Origin: Macrostomum lignano
Lineage: Eukaryota
Assembly: GCA_002269645.1 (NCBI GenBank)
Contig: NIVC01001025.1
Span: 82,052-146,051, forward strand
Direction of reading: 5' to 3'
Length of the DNA: 64,000 nt
Below are positions 60,865 through 64,000 of the stretch, one piece after another. The notes beneath the pieces were generated by a model, which was given only the letters and a program-made list of their open reading frames with translations, did not search any database and was not told where the DNA came from. Position 1 is the first letter of the stretch, and the number at the start of each line of letters is the position of its first letter. The position numbers and the translations under genes were made by a program.

Positions 60865-61760
60865 AAATTTTATTACCTATTCACACCTGAGCGGTGAACT
60901 GCTTGATCTTTCCTCCTGATAAGATTTTATTACCTATTCACACCTGAGCGGTGAACTGCTGGATCTTTCCTCCTGATAAGATTTTATTACCTATTCACAC
61001 CTGAGCGGTGAACTGCTTGATCTTTCCTCCTGATAAGATTTTATTACCTATTCACACCTGAGCGGTGAACTGCTTGATCTTTCCTCCTGATAAGATTTTA
61101 TTACCTATTCACACCTGAGCGGTGAACTGCTTGATCTTTCCTCCTGATAAGATTTTATTACCTATTCACACCTGAGCGGTGAACTGCTTGATCTTTCCTC
61201 CTGATAATATTTTATTACCTATTCACACCTGAGCGGTGAACTGCTTGATCTTTCCTCCTGATAAGATTTTATTACCTATTCACACCTGAGCGGTGAACTG
61301 CTGGATCTTTCCTCCTGATAAGATTTTATTACCTATTCACACCTGAGCGGTGAACTGCTGGATCTTTCCTCCTGATAAGAAAGATTTTAATTTTATTACC
61401 TATTCACAACTGAGAGGCGAATTCTTTGATTTCTCTAGGTTAATTAGAATGGCCCTATAAATTTTATTACCTATTCACACCTGAGCGGTGAACTGCTTGA
61501 TCTTTCCTCCTGATAAGAAAGATTTTAATTTTATTACCTATTCACAACTGAGAGGCGAATTCTTTGATTTCTCTAGGTTAATTAGAATGGCCCTATAAAT
61601 TTTATTACCTATTCACACCTGAAAAGGTGAACTCTTTAATTGTTTTTCTCTAGGTTAGTTAGAATGGCTTTATAATTTGGTTACCTATTCACACCTGAGC
61701 AGGGCACTCTTTGATCTCCCTAGATTAGTTAAGATGGCTATAATTTTATAACCTATTTAC
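60865..61760. repeat. 57-bp intronic tandem repeat (TTATTACCTATTCACACCTGAGCGGTGAACTGCTTGATCTTTCCTCCTGATAAGATT), diverging rightwards
   Basis: Period of 57 bp (60871, 60928...). Confidence 0.93.
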
Positions 61761-61830
61761 ACCTGTGAGGTGTATTCCTTGATCATATCTGTGGCCGGCT
61801 TTAATTGCTTATAAAACCGATAAAACTCAC

Positions 61831-62126
61831 CTATCCTTAACTTGCAGCAGGTAACAAACAATACAATAAGCCGCCGTACTTTGCACAAAATTTTTCTGCG
61901 CCTCTAGAAAAGCTTCGCTATTCTGCGGCCCGAACTCCTGTTCAAAGTAGGCCAACAGTGAGCTCTGCTGCTGGGCCCGCTGCAATCGCTTGATCTGGTG
62001 CAGCGAGTTCGTGTCCAGCACCGGCTCAATAAGGCCGGCCCGGTCGCCCACCACAGTGACGGTCAGAGGTCGCAGCCAGAGTGGGACGCGCTCCAATTCC
62101 CAAATCCACTTCAATAGGCGGAGAAC
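61831..62126 (-). CDS. PI4KB: PI4KB exon
   Basis: VLRLLKWIWELERVPLWLRP..GLIEPV..QKNFVQSTAAYCIVCYLLQVKDR; TTTTCACTAAG| acceptor and AG|GTGAGT donor. Confidence 0.96.
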
Positions 62127-62553
62127 CTTAGTGAAAAATGGTGTTGAGTTAAGCTCGAGCAATGAGCATGAGACAGGGTGCACAGCGACCGTTTCGTATC
62201 ACTCACGCAGCACAGCAACAGACTTACTTACTAACAAAGTGCTGCATACTAACCACAGCCTTCTGTGCTTAACTTCCATCCATCCACTATGCTAAAAGTT
62301 TGCTAAGAATGTGGCCTAGCATTGAGCTGGTGTCACTTCCAATCCAGGTGGTATGTTATTACGTTTAGAGAACATTCCTCAGACTTAAACTCAAAAATAA
62401 AAACATGATAAAAACATCACCCAAGCTAGAGCGAGTAGACGACTCAAGATGAAATTGAGAACACCATTTAATAATTAACAGGATTTCGTTAGCCGAGAGG
62501 ACAAGTTAAGCAGAATTGGCCGTGGTTAGTAACGCAGCTGAATAGGCTGCTTA

Positions 62554-64000
<1,447 letters not shown>

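Overview
This is animal (eukaryotic) genomic DNA with spliceosomal GT-AG introns. The GC-rich poly-Ala exons, dense minisatellites and TTAGGG tracts suggest a flatworm such as Macrostomum, which is inference only. Three multi-exon genes were reconstructed by hand with phase-consistent splice sites. (1) An inhibitory Smad (Smad6/7/Dad-like; minus strand, 3 coding exons, 16175->3851, ~538 aa). (2) A PKDCC/VLK-like secretory-pathway kinase (plus strand, 6 coding exons, ~37983->56790, start codon unresolved). (3) The last three exons of a type III-beta PI 4-kinase (minus strand, 63026->60329). The rest is tandem repeats and transposon debris: an internally deleted Tc1/IS630-like element, a dead mariner split by a 5'-truncated LINE with a 12-bp TSD, a hAT-type non-autonomous element with an 8-bp TSD, and a foldback-like pair of inverted 31-bp arrays. 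The most striking structure fills most of the last kinase intron: a 9.6-kb head-to-tail chain of four Helitron-like elements (three of one family, one of another). Each carries a short telomeric (TAACCC/TTAGGG)n tract and ends in a GAA/AGA-loop hairpin. Most long ORFs in the track are repeat artefacts. Array boundaries are hand-counted and approximate.
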